Source of the DNA: Octopus vulgaris
Taxonomy: Eukaryota
Direction: 5' to 3'
DNA length: 64,000 nucleotides
Assembly: GCA_951406725.2 (NCBI GenBank)
Contig: OX597816.1
Location: forward strand, 9,300,001 to 9,364,000
Position numbers and translations under genes: made by a program. Positions 12,737-27,495 of the stretch are shown one piece after another. Under the pieces are notes generated by a model that saw nothing but the letters and a program-made list of their open reading frames with translations, was not told the DNA's origin and made no database searches. Each line of letters opens with the position of its first letter. The first letter of the stretch is position 1.

Positions 12737-12936
12737 TATATGTTCATGTGTGTGTGTGCATTGTGTGTGTGTGTGCATGCATGTATAACAGCTCTACATT
12801 CTATATTCACTGTTTTTCAGCTTTTGTTCAGCTTTACATGTAAGCATTGCCACTGTGCTAAGTAATTTAGTTTCTTTGAAATTTTTATGGAGCTCTTTTG
12901 TAATAAATGTCACATTTTTAGATGAAGATGTACCAT

Positions 12937-13177
12937 GTGGAGGCGCAATGGCCTAGTGGTTAGGGCAGCGGACTTGCGGTCGGAGGATCGCGGTTTCGAT
13001 TCCCAGACCGGGCGTTGTGCGTGTTTATTGAGCGAAAAAACACCTAAAAGCTCCACGAGGCTCCGGCAGGAGGTGGTGATCCCTGCTGTACTCTTTCACC
13101 ACTCTAAAGGCGGTGCTCCAGCATGGCCGCAGTCAAATGACTGAAACAAGTACAAAAAAAAAAAAAAAAAAAAAAAA
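12937..13177 (+). mobile_element. Chimeric SINE: family A tRNA head joined to family B 3' tail plus poly(A)
   Basis: 12937-~13102 matches the start of 59532-59928; ~13104-13152 matches the family B end (ctaaaggcggtgctccagc...gaaacaagta); then an A run. Confidence 0.85.
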
Positions 13178-14918
13178 TAGCAAAAGCATGCATTTTTATC
13201 TTCCTTTCACTGTTTGTCTGACTCTCTCTCTCTCTCTCCTTCGTTTTCCCCACTCTATCTGTTTTTCTTTTTCTTGTTACAGTCTCTAGACTGGGGCACA
13301 GCAGACTCAAAACATTTTTAGTCAAATGAATCAACCTCAGTGCAAATGTTTTCTTTTTTAAATCTGGTACTTATTTTTTATCATCATGGGGGATATAAAC
13401 ACACCAACACGGGTTGATAGGTGATGAGGGAGGACAAACACAGACACAAAGACGCACAAACACAGACACACTCTCTCACGCACACGATGGGTTTTTTTCA
13501 GTTTCCTTCTAGCAAATCCACTCACAAGGCTCTGCTCAGCCTGAGGCTATTACTGAAGACATTTACTTAAGGTGCCATGCAGTGGGCTTGAACCCAGAGC
13601 CATGGGGTTGGGAAGCAAGCTTCTTACCACAAAGCCACGCCTATACCTTATATGTTTCAGTTTCCTTTTTCTTTCTTTTTGATGTTTCTTGCTTTGGAGT
13701 ACTTTTCAATGTTTTTATTGTCTGTATTGGAAATAGGTTTGGGTTGTCACATTTGATTTTGTTTCAAACTTGATGCATTTAACTATTTATTTAATTTGCC
13801 CATTTGCCCCAATATCTAGCCATGACCATCTTGACTCATTTATGACATTAATATATCCAATGTAGCTCTCCTTATGAAATGAGTGAAAGAGAGTATCTTT
13901 ACAGAGTTGCTTGACCAGCTAGAATAAGAAGCCAAATCTTATTGTAAACACTACAACGTGTACTTTCTTGATGGGGTGAAACTAGTACAGTTTAACTTTC
14001 AAATAAATGGTCAGGAACCATTAAGAAAGAATTAGAGCAGAATAATTCTGATGATTCTTCATTGAATCTTTATGTGTAATTAAACACATAGTGTCATTTA
14101 ATAGGCAATTACTTGATTTCAATGAAGATTTACAATGATGGGAATAATGTCGGGTGTTCTTTTAATAGTTGCTTTAATTAACTGCTTTCTAATGTAGCCA
14201 CTTTGGTCTCTCTTCTCTAGCTTCTCCCACAAATTACATTATCAACTCTGCTTCTATTACTTCTACATCAAGAAACTTCTGCCACTCACCTCACCTCCTG
14301 TGAGCATGCAGATTGCTAAATAGCTAGCTGATGGACTCAACATTTTTTTTTTCCATTCTTTCTTCTTTCCTTATTGACATATAAATTACTTGTGACTTCA
14401 AGAGTTGAAATCATTTAACTGATGTTCAAATATCTTCCATAATTCTTCTAAACATTGTTACAAGTGAAGCCAAGCTTAAAATTAGGGCCTTTTATTCTTT
14501 TGCTCTCAGTCTAAGAATTTTTAATAAAAGTGCTTAGCTTTGCAAAAAAATAACATAGGTATAGGCATGCCATGTAGTTAAGAAGTTTACTTCACAATAT
14601 TATTTTGGGTTTAGTTCCACTGCCTGGCTCTCTGGGCAAGCATATTTTACAACAGCCTTGGGGTCATCCCATACCAGAGAGTGGATGGAATGTTAAATGG
14701 TGATAATAGTAGTGTTGATGAAAGTAGTGTATATCAACAGAAATCTGGTAATTAAAAGATTGAAGAGTTTCACTTTAAAATCAAAGAAAAAAAAAAGAGA
14801 GAATAGCCATGATGTTTTATTAGGGTACTAGCTCCAGATCTATCAAATCTCTGCCAACCTCTATGGGTTTCCTTTGCCGTATTAATGGTGAATATAAACA
14901 CAGACTGTGAGCTTAGAC

Positions 14919-15572
<654 letters not shown>

Positions 15573-16357
15573 GTTTAGACATATGGTTCAGTAGCTGGAA
15601 GTTTAGAGTAGTGGTTCCACATAAAAAACATTGGTGATGATGCCATGTAAAAAGCACTGGTGCTGGTGTCACAGAAAAAGCAATCAGTACACTCTGTGGA
15701 GTGGTTGGCATTAGGAAGGGCATCAAGCCATAGAAGCCATGCCAAAACAGACAATGAGACGTGGTGCAGGTCCTGGCCTTGCCAGCTCCTGTCAAACTCT
15801 CCAACTAATGCCAGCCTGGAAAACAGACATTATGACAATGATGTATTGAGCTAACTTGAGTGGTGTGCAAGAGTGTGAATGTCTCTGCCATGTAATTTCT
15901 CCAAAAGTTGTAATATTGAAAGTAGTTGCACAAATTAGGAGGGTGTGGCAACCATGGCATTGGAAAACATGCAAAAGGGAAATCAACAGAAATGCTTTAA
16001 ATAATTAAACAGTTCATTTGTACTTTGTGCAAAAAAACCAAATGCCACAGTCTCTGCTGCATATTCATGAGAAGAGATAAACATGTGTCGAGGTGGTGTT
16101 GGTGATGGGGGTATTAAACCAATAGTTGCCTTTGTAGTTTGGAGTTAGTATTCTTAATTAAACACATGGACATACACAAATACACATATACATACATACA
16201 TCCATTGCTAGTAGCCAGTTGGTATATGCTAATGTAAATAGCATTCTCTTGAGCAAATATATATAAACATACACTGTCAAATGTGTGTGTGTAAATACAC
16301 ACTGCTTATATAATACACACTCATACACATGTATAATATATATATATGTGTGTGTGC

Positions 16358-16392
<35 letters not shown>

Positions 16393-16893
16393 ATATACAT
16401 ATAATATAAATACATACATACACACACATATGTATGCATGTATATGTACACGCTCACAAATAGCTATTTCAATCTCTTTTTGTATTCATTTCTCTCCATC
16501 TCACTTACTGAATGTGAGTGTGTGCACATATTTGGATGTTTGTACACACACACACACACACACGGAGGTAGTGTGAGAGAAAGAGCAAGATTGATTATCT
16601 CTCAAACACCCACCCACACACAAAGCTCTTCACTTGATTGACAACATTTACATTGTGGTTCACTTTGTGTTTATATTGGATCTTTACCATGACAACAATG
16701 AAAAAAAAAACCTCCAAATGGAGGATTGGCTGAAATGCCTAAATACCTATGCACCTTTCGTGGTAAAATGGAAAGATCTCTGTGTATTCCAGCACCTAGC
16801 TTTGTGGAAGATATTTGAAATATGGGGTTTTGTTGGGGATTTTAATGTTTCCCTCAGTTTCCCTGTGCCTTTTGTGGTATATATGTGAGGAAG

Positions 16894-17260
16894 TGTGGGG
16901 GCACAATGGCCCAGTGGTTAGGGCAGCAGACTCATGGTCGTAGGATAACAGTTTCAATTCCCAGACCAGGTGTCATGAGTATTTATTGAGCAAAAACATC
17001 TGAAGCTCCATGAGGCTCCAGCAGTGGATGGTGGCAAACCCTGCTGTACACTTTCACCACAACCTTATCTCATTCTTTCTTCCTGTTCCTGTTGTACTTG
17101 TATTTCAAAGGGCCAGCCTTGTCACACTCTATGTCATGCTGAATCTCACCAAGTACACGTGTCTGTAGAGTACTCAGCCACATGCACATTAATTTCAGGA
17201 GCAGACTGTTCTGTTGATCAGATCAACTGGAACCCTCATTGTCATAACCGACTGAGTGCC
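16894..17260 (+). mobile_element. tRNA-derived SINE family A, diverged copy
   Basis: A box tggcccagtgg and B box gtttcaattcc; colinear with 59532-59928. Confidence 0.85.
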
Positions 17261-17977
17261 ATGATAAGTGGAGGTGCATGTGCTAGTGGTTAGGGCATTG
17301 TACTCATAATCACAAGGCCAACTTTACTCTGAATATGCAAATCCCTTCTGCCTCAATAGTAGTGATGGTAATAGCCCTGAATGATATATAGACCATGATA
17401 GGATATACCCAAATCTCTTATATATAGAATCACACAGCACAACCTGAAGATCAGTTTGACAACCTTCACCGATGAATGCATGAAAGTTCTCCAGAAAAGT
17501 TAACAAGTAATCTTTTTAGAATCTCTTCACTGAAGTTAACAAAGCACTTACTAGATCTACAAACCAAACTGTAAAATTAACTTATATCATATTAGAAAAT
17601 TAAATTAATTAGAACTACCAGTGAAGTCATTCTTTTCCTTTTTCAAATATACCTAACTGCACCAAGGATTTCACACATTTTCCAATATATATACGTATAT
17701 ATAAAAGTAGTTTTAGAGACAGAACCACCTTCAACTCAATCAACACAGAAAGATTTTATATCCAACCACTCCATAAAATGTAAAATATAAAATTTTATAC
17801 TAACTATATCTATTCTGAATCCCATATTTTCTGTTTATAAGACTACACGTGTTTCATGAAAGTATGTTGGTATTGATTAGATATGAGGTATCTAGTTTCA
17901 ATACTTAATTGGGTCAACATACTCCCAATCTTCAGGTCTGGATTCCTCAACATTTTTCACTACTCCTGCCTCTTATA

Positions 17978-18025
<48 letters not shown>

Positions 18026-18882
18026 CATCATCGTTATCATCTAATTACCCCATACAAATGGAACGTCACATTTCTATTCCCAGAAGCTAGCATCAATGAA
18101 GATAAAAATGAACATAGATAACTAAGATAGGTTATGTAAAGTCCATATATCTGTATGTATGTAAAGTCCATATATCTGTATGTATGTGTATGTATACCAG
18201 TACCACAGAATATGTTGAGTTGTGTTCCTTTATTTCCAAGAGTGACTTAAATATTTGATAATTAGATAAAAGGAGCATCATAAAAAAAGTTGTAGAGCCA
18301 ATGTGATTGACTGAAAACTTGAAGATGGTGCTCCAGTATGGCCATAGTCGAATGACTGAAACCAGCAAAGGAGTAAAGATATGATATATTAGATAACTTC
18401 CTCTTGCTTTCATAAATACATGTGACTTCCTCTCGTGGCTTCCAGAACAAAGTATATCCTGCTTATATTTTCTGTGGACATCATTCAATTCCTTGAAGAG
18501 ACTGGGTGGTAAGATGGATAAAAACGTTACCTAACTGCCATGCTGTGTTTCCACAAAACACAGCATAACAGAATGTGCAAAATAACTTTTAACTAAGTAA
18601 AAGTTTGGCAAGTACTCAGAATATATTATTCACATATTGCTATAAAGCAGTGCTTCACAAGCTGTTTTGACTGTTGTCTGGATGTTAAATGATGATGATG
18701 ATGGTGGTGGTGGTGGGGGATGATAGTGGTGATGATGACAACAATGATGATGATGATTTACAAAGCTTTGGTTGGTCCAGGCCTACTGTAGAAGACACTT
18801 GTCCAAGGTGGTGTTATATAGTGGGGCTGAACCCAGAACCATGTAGTTGGGAAGCAAACTTCTTAATCATACAGACATGCAT

Positions 18883-19295
18883 AGGCATAGGAGTGGCTGT
18901 GTGGTAAGTAGCTTGCTTACGAACCACATGGTTCCGGGTTCAGTCCCACTGTGTGGCACCTTGGGCAAGTGTCTTCTACTATAGCCTCGGGCTGACCAAA
19001 GCCTTGTGAGTTGATTTGGTAGATGGAAACTGATAGAAGCCCGTCGTATATATGTATATATATGTATATGTATGTGTATGTGTATATATTTGTGTGTCTG
19101 TGTTTGTCCCCCCAACATCGCTTGACAACCGATGCTGGTGTCTTTATGTCCCCGTAACTTAGCGGTTCGGCAAAAGAAACCGATAGAATAAGTACTAGGC
19201 TTACAAAGAATAAGTCCTGGGGTCGATTTGCTCGACTAAAAAAGGTGGTGCTCCAGCATGGCCACAGTCAAATGACTGAAACAAGTAAAAGAGAG
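18883..19295 (+). mobile_element. SINE family B
   Basis: Full-length match to 12324-12736. Confidence 0.92.
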
Positions 19296-21547
19296 TATGC
19301 CCACACCTATCATGTTAATATCGAATATTCCAATCCAAAGTCAGCATAATCCAATCTCATTCTGCCATTTGTTGGATACAAACACACAAAATTCTATATG
19401 CTCGATAACGTAAACATTGTATGCCCAGATAATAGATTCACATGTGTAATTATATTAAGTGGAGCATAAAATTTCCTGAAGACCAATCTTGGAAAGTTGA
19501 ATTTCAGAAGCATGGAAGGAAAGGAATCATTTGATTTGCATACTGCAGTTCTAATCTGTCAACTCAATGTAATTGTTGTCTAGTTTATTGGAAGGAGTCT
19601 TGTTATTAAGTTAGTGAACAAATCTTACCATGCTGGAGAGAGAGAGCGAAGGAAGAAGAGAGGAAGATAGAAAGAGAGGAAGTAAACATTAAACACAGCA
19701 TATTTGAGAGCGAATGATTATGTATGTGAATGGGTCTGTGTAGACATACATGTAATTAGTAAACATATACATGTATATCTGCAAATGCAAGTATGTCCAT
19801 ACATATGAGAATTTTATTGGATTGGTTTTATATTCTCATAAACTAAAACAAGCACTAACCTCTGAGTAAATATTTATGCCACACTCATTACTGTCGGAGA
19901 TGGTTTCAGTTTACAACCCCTTGTTGAGTATTTGAACCAGAGAAACAAGATTATTATTTGCCCCAGTTCAACTGTTATAATATAAAACTGGTACTTATAA
20001 TGTGACAGTTTGTGTCAAGAAAACAAATGTAACATTAAGGGACATAATTCCGGTTGCAATGTTGTGTGGGATCAATTGCTTTGGTCACTGAGGGTGAGTG
20101 AGTGAGGCGTGAAGGTCATTAACGTTTGATTTTTAATGTAGATTTCCATTGCCTGCTTTTGACAAATTTATATTGCAATGTGGAGGATTCTAAATAATGT
20201 TCTAAACTTAGTGTACACAAGAGATTCTTGGTTTTGTATGCTCTAATACAGATTATGTTTCACCTAATGCAAATTCTGCATATATATTCTCAAAGACATA
20301 TACACACATAGACACACACACCTACATAAAAATCAACAATGAATGGAAAATTGCACTAAGTATTCACCATCACAATAGTCAAATGTAAAAACCAATACAA
20401 TCTTAGCAACAGAATTATATATAATTGAGAAAGGTGAATTTAAAAGACCTGCAGACCTTAGAGAACTATTATTTCATTTAGCTTCTAATGTATTGAAATA
20501 TTTAAAGAAATATAAAGAGATAGAAACGAGCTATGTGTAAGTGCACATATTGTCAGATATATAAATAGAGTGGTATTCAAACCAAAAATATGGAAATGCT
20601 TCTAGGAAGAAATAATTCTTCAATAATGGACGTTATTCCTTCTAATTTCTATTGGATTGTGTCAAAGGAGAGACTTAGATATGCTGAATAATGCTTGCTA
20701 TTTCAAAAAATCCTTCAATTTGTCTGACATTGTATCATCAATAATGCTTTTTGATTGTTGGTCTCGCATTGAAATAATAGCGACATATTTTTGGAAAGAG
20801 TTTCTTAAAGATTTCATAAAGCATTTAACTAGCACTGACTTAAAAAGTTTTGTTTTGAAAGCAATGCAAATAAAGCCAATGTTTAAGTTGGAGATTTTTT
20901 TTACTTAATATCTTTAAAATCTTACCAGAAAAAAATTGTACAAAATTTCAATCATGTTTAGTTTTTACTGTCTATTTATATTTTACATGATCAAATTTTG
21001 ATGTTTAAAATAAGGTGACAACAGTGGCAGAGGCACCGGCACTACAGTCATCATTTTATATCTACTGTTGTACCAGTCAGTTTTTATTCAAAGTTATCAC
21101 ATATCTAAACGGGTTGCAGGGCCAAATCTTGTCTGTATATGTCATTTTTGGTTTAATTTCTATGGTTGATGCTCATACTGTCCAAAACCACTTCACAGAG
21201 TGTACTGGATTAATTTTATCACAGCACAAGCACAAGGGAGGTTGTCTTGAGAAACACTAAGGAACCTTTCAAACTTACATTGTCTCTGCTTCTTTAGCAG
21301 ACACTTTACAGAGAGTACCAGGTGTAAATATAGCACACTGACTGTATTTAATATTTGATATCATGCCATAATTAATATTTAATTTCTTGATCTACACCAT
21401 CTTTGCATTCATCTGAAATATTCTATCTTAGCTGTTGGAGAGATAAGTGGGTGTGCTTGGATGTTTGTTGGGGTGGACTTGTAACAGTGTACCAAAATAA
21501 TATATTCTGAATACTATGAGAGTTGTTATCAAGGATGATGGTGATGC

Positions 21548-21731
<184 letters not shown>

Positions 21732-23738
21732 AGGATTCTAAAGTCCCACTGCATTATCTACTACCATGGAAATATTTGGGCACTTGTTTAACTCTTTTGA
21801 TACCAACCTGCCTGGGGAGATCCCTTGGTTGTATAATAAAAATTTTCTGTTTTAAAATAATCTAAAATAAAACCTTCCATCAAAATAGAATTTTTGCCTT
21901 TCAAATACTAGCTTATTAACAACAAAATAATGGAAAGTTTAAAGATTTCCCAACCCTATCACTAATGTTTCAAGACCTTGAAGACCCACTTTTTTTTTTT
22001 TTTTTGCAGTGACAGGTGGTGGGGATTTGAACTCAGAACACACAGATCTGGAACAGATATGGTAAGGCATTCTATCCAACACTATTAACTAGCTAATCCA
22101 GTGCCCAAGATTGGTACTCTATTTATTAATCTCTAAAGGACGAAAGGTAAAGCTGACCTTAGTGGGGTTTGAAATCAGAACATAGAGGACCAAAACAATA
22201 TATGCAAGGAATTCTATTCAACATTAATGACTCCACCAATTCTTTGCTTCTGCTACTGCTGCCACCACCACTGTCATTGTTGTCATTGCCGCTGTTGTTG
22301 CCACTGCTATTGCTATCATCGTCATCATAATCATCATCATCATTATTTTCAAGTTCATTTCCCATGTTGGTATACATAGAATGGTTCAGCAGTCTTTAAC
22401 AGTTCAGAGGATCTTCCAATGTCTCGTTTTTGGCAGGGTTTCAACAGATGTGTTGTCTTCTTAACCTCAATCACTTTTCAGAGTGTACTGGATGCATTGT
22501 TTTGTGACACCATCCCTACAAAGGCTGTCTTGTCACCACCAAGACTAAAGGGCACCCTCTAACACTATGTTGCTGCTGTTTGGATTGATTATCAAACATT
22601 TAGGGCTTTGTGGGTGCTTTTTGTGGAGCCAGCATTTTCGGGATCACCTTGTATCTTGCAAAGCAAAAGAGAATACCCCATGACAACAAGGAACAGATTG
22701 ATTGTGAGAGGATGACAGTGGAGAGAATAACAGAGGGAACAGTATTGGGGTAGGAGTAAAGGAGTTAGAGAAGGAGGGAGGGAGGGGAAGTAATGCCAGG
22801 GATTAGTGTACTATCACTACTGAAGATGATTGTTTCAGAATAGAAACAAAAGACAGTGCAGGTTCTGTATATGTCACATTTTATCCCACTCACATTTTCA
22901 GTGAAGTCTAAGATGTCACTAGTTGTCAATTTCTTTTATATTTTCCAAATTAAGATGAATATCTGCAGAGAGCTGGCAGGATTGGTAGCATGCATGGTGA
23001 AATGCCTAATGGTATTTCATCCTTTCTCCTTCCAGAGTCAATAAAATAGGTACCCGTTGAGTACTGGGGTTGATGTAATTGGTTTAACCACTCCTGGGTA
23101 AGAGGATAAAAAAATTGCACCCTTCTTCCAAGTGATGTCAAGCTAGAGTGGTAGAGTAGGCTCATCAAACTAGTATGGTCTCAAGCTAAAGTTTATGGCC
23201 TCCACATCAGACTGTGGTTGGTGGAGAGAACATGCTACAGTGGACTGAACCTGGGAAATCCAATCCAATTCAATCCGATCCAAGATGGATATCTAAGCTA
23301 ACTATGAGATTGATTACATCCAAAAATGTTTCTTACTCACTTTCAGTAGATGTAGCCTAGGCCAAGAGAAACTGACGCCACCATTTGATATCTAACAATT
23401 AATGGGTTCTTCAACCCTGAACTGTAATGCCCTCCTGTCAGTGGATCACAAGTGGTGACCAAATCACTGCCTATTGCCTACTCCTGACTTGTAATTTGAC
23501 TTTTCTCCCTCACTACATAACAAGTAAGAGCCTCTTTTTGTTACATCTCTCTCTCTCTCTCTCTTCCTGTAATTCCAGTGGCTGTACAGTATATCAGTCT
23601 TTTGCTGGTCATTTTTATAGACATGCTGAATGAAATAAACTTTCAGCAGCATTAAAAAAAAATCAAAATCTTTTTATAAGCTTAAAAAGTTATTTTCACT
23701 TTAGAATTATACATACTAACATGGAATGAGAGAGAAAG

Positions 23739-23933
<195 letters not shown>

Positions 23934-26685
23934 TGAAAGCAACATTTTCAAATAAATTTTACTGCATTTTAACTGATTATTATCCTTCTTAAATGTAAGT
24001 TTGAAATAAGCTTCTTACAGTTGGAATTTCAAAACAAATCTTACAAATGAATGAACTATTTTTGACTTTGATGACATTTTTACCGAGACATGGAAAATTA
24101 AGAGTCTGTTCATTCCAGTATTTCAGTTATTTTTAGTGGCATATCTTAATGTTTTAATATCAAACATCAACATTTTTAGATATTAGCTTCAGAGATAAAA
24201 GAATAAAACAAAAACAGACAAAATAAACTTTGCATGCATAAAGCCGAAGTAACATTTTTATTCCATATTCATTTGTTCAGTCATTTTTACGTCTGTTTTA
24301 TTATTTTTTTTCCATGCTAGCATGGGTTGGATGGGCACTTGCTATTGAGACACTGTTTTGAAGTTGGGCACCCATACTTGTTTTCCAAGTAAAGAATTTC
24401 ATTTCACACATGTTCAAAGGCACAAAAGGGGATGATTTGTTGCCTGGAGAAATAACAGCAACATCACTGCTTGTAGCTTATAATATTTTGAGAGACACAC
24501 AAATATAAACATAGACATGCATACACACACATACACACATGCAGGACAAACTTCTTTCAGTTTTTTTTTACTACCAAATTCATTCATAAGACTTTGGTTA
24601 GTCTGATTCTATAACAGAAGATACTTGCCCAAGGGGTAGAGGGTTCCAGTTGATTTGGTCAATGGAATAGCCATGCATGTACCTATATTTTCATGAATTT
24701 GTTATCATCAGAAAATTTCATATCCATGCAGTTGATATTACATACAAGAGTTTTAACTTGTTTATTAACAAATTGATAATCTATGAGCACCAGGTAAAGG
24801 TAAAAAGTAAAGGTAAAAATCCCCTTCGGTCATGAAGTAAAGTAGATGGTGTGTTGGTGTTAGGTTGGGCCTGCAGCAGTAGTAGAAACCATGCTAAAGC
24901 AGACATTGAATTTCAACATAGTCCTCTGACTTATCAGTTTCTATCAAACTGACCAACCCTTGTCAGCATGCAAAATGGACATTAAATGATGAAGATTATA
25001 GTGGTGGTCACAGCTAACTGGCTGGAACCAGAAGAAGAGTTAAATACAAACTCTACACATTTTAATTTTATCACTAAAGAGGCTACGTCAGTCATGTATC
25101 ATCATTGATACAGCCATTTACTTTTATTCTTTTCAGTGACTCCTACTGTTTCTTTCTCTCTCTGTCTCTGTCTCTCTCTCTCTAACACAGAGAATCATAC
25201 ATAACCGAAGGGTTGTTCCTTTGTAATGTGTTTTCTTTCTCAAAATATTGCTAATATCTCCATACACAGACATCAAATACACCAATATCATTAGTAATCA
25301 TAATATTCCACCTCTTAAAATAATTGTTCTGCTGTCTAATTAAGAAATCAATTTATACTTTGAAGGAGACAATGTACAACCCCACCCCTCACCCACCAAA
25401 AAAACAAAATTGAAAATCCAATTGTCTTCATCCACAAGTTTCAATGTTTATTGGGACAAATGAGAAAAAGAATCAATATTCAATATGATAAATTTTCCCT
25501 CAAACACCAGCTTGTTGATTACATATTTGCTTTGTTGAGAGAATAGGGAGACTTACAGAGGTTAGGATATAAAAGTATTCAAATAAAATAGGCAGAGATT
25601 TGCAGCTAAAGGATGCTGGAAACTGTGTGAGGTTATAAGAGGTAGCAAGAGGAAGATGGTGGGAAGATAAACTTATATAGGAAAAACTAGTGCCAGAAGT
25701 AAAAGTTTTCTAGAAAAGTTTTCTTTATTTTATTCATCAGGTCAGGAGGAAAGGGTTGTACGCATGGTCTTTGCAAGCTTTTATCATTAAAACCATCACC
25801 AACACCCTGACCACCACTGCCACCACCACCACCACCACCACCACCATTTAACATCTGTTTTCCATGTTGGCATGGGTTGGACGGTTTAACAGGCGCTGAC
25901 AAAGCAGAGGGCTACACCAGGTTCCAATTGTCTGTTTTAGCATGGTTCCTATGGTTTGATGCCCTTCCTAATGCCAACCACTTTACAGAGTGTACTGGAC
26001 GCTTTTCAGGCAGGTGCATTTTTTGTGGTACCAGTAGAGGTTCTTTTTTTATATGGCACCAACACAGGTGCTTTTTATAGGTACACACATGTAGATATAA
26101 TTATGTATACACAAACATGCATATATACATATATTTCATGAGGTTAGTGCTTTTGTGTGGCTGTTCAAGTTAAATTTTAGCTCTCATTTCTAGCAACTTT
26201 AGGTGCTATTTTGCAACCTCATTTATTAATTTTACCTTTTTGGTTTTAATTGCTATAGCCACCTATGTTATAATGTATTCAATATATCTTGATATATTTA
26301 ATATATTATTATTATATCTTATTGTATGTTACTATACATTTTAACCATTTTGAATTTTAGAGCTTGCTTTTCAATGTTTTTTCTCTTAAAGAATAGGAGG
26401 CAGACTATCTCTTTTAACTCAGGGTGATTGTGGAAACCTCTGATCATGTTGATCAAATTTTGAAATTACATGATAAAGTTTTATCAAACTACTTCATTCT
26501 GTGAGTGTATCTTGCCAAAGAAAGATGTTGTGGCTTGTTGCTTGCAGTCCTAAACATTTCATGAGGTTAGTGCTTCTGTGTGGCTATTCAAGTTAAATTT
26601 TAGCACTCATTTCTAGTGATTGTAGGTGCTGTTTTTATTAATTTTACCTTTTCGGTTTTAATTGCTATAGACACCTATATCATAA

Positions 26686-27035
26686 TCATCATCATCATCG
26701 TCGTTGTTTAACGTCTGCTTTCCATGCTAGCATGGGTTAGACGATTTGACTGAGGGCTGGTGAACCAGATGGCTGCACCAAGCTCCAATCTTGATCTGGC
26801 AGAGTTTCTATAGCTGGATGCCCTTCCTAATGCCAACCGCTCAGAGAGTGTAGTAGGTACTTTTACATGGCACTGGCACGAGGGCCAGTCAGGCGGTACT
26901 GACAGCAGCCATGCTCAGATGTTGTTTTTTGCATGTCACCTACACAGGAGCCAGTCCAGTAGCACTGCTAACGACCTCACTCGTTACTTACCAGTAAGGC
27001 GACGCTGGTAACGATCACTCTTGAATGATGCTTTT
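26686..27035 (-). mobile_element. RTE-LINE 3' end copy
   Basis: (CAT)n tail and conserved RTE terminal sequence. Confidence 0.8.
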
Positions 27036-27062
27036 TATGTATATATATATATATTTGTGAGT

Positions 27063-27135
27063 GGGAAGTTTAGCTTAATGGTAAAGTACTCAGCTGGAGT
27101 CTTTGAGGGATATGGGTTTGAGTCCCGTGGCTGGT
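27063..27135 (+). mobile_element. Decayed tRNA-like (SINE head or tRNA pseudogene) sequence
   Basis: A-box tagcttaatgg and B-box ggtttgagtcc at tRNA-like spacing; acceptor and anticodon stems do not close. Confidence 0.5.
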
Positions 27136-27431
27136 TGTTGACAAATTTTTCTGCCTTGTAAAAGTAAGTTACTCAGTATTTCTGCTGTTCTAACAGCAAC
27201 TCTGCATTTGAAAAGATATCACCTTCTCACTTGTATTGTAGAATGAACGAATGAACAAACGAATGAACATACATATGTACGTACGTACATACATACATAC
27301 ATACATACATACATACATTCATGCATGCATCATATCAGTAATAGTCATTGTCAAAAATATTTCTCGCCACAGTGAAATATAGTACTTTATCTGTCTCCTA
27401 CTCCAAAATTATAACTCTGAACATTACTTAC

Positions 27432-27495
27432 CACCCTTGCAATCGACAGTCGTATAAATCAATACGATCTTCATCATTTATTGGCCATTTTATCC
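27432..27495 (-). CDS. CACNA2D: Calcium channel alpha-2/delta subunit, 64-nt internal exon (not in the ORF track)
   Basis: Acceptor tttccttacag|GG, donor GGGTG|gtaagt. Encodes (G)IKWPINDEDRIDLYDCRLQG(W). Phase 1 to 2 exactly bridges the flanking exons; the DLYDCR..W motif is characteristic of alpha2delta. Confidence 0.95.

Noticed and set aside
12284-12778. Recurrent ORFs with RQASFSFRLPNPLTR / LQLDALPNANHS peptides
   Set aside because: Incidental frames in SINE family B and RTE 3'UTR copies; start and stop positions vary between copies.
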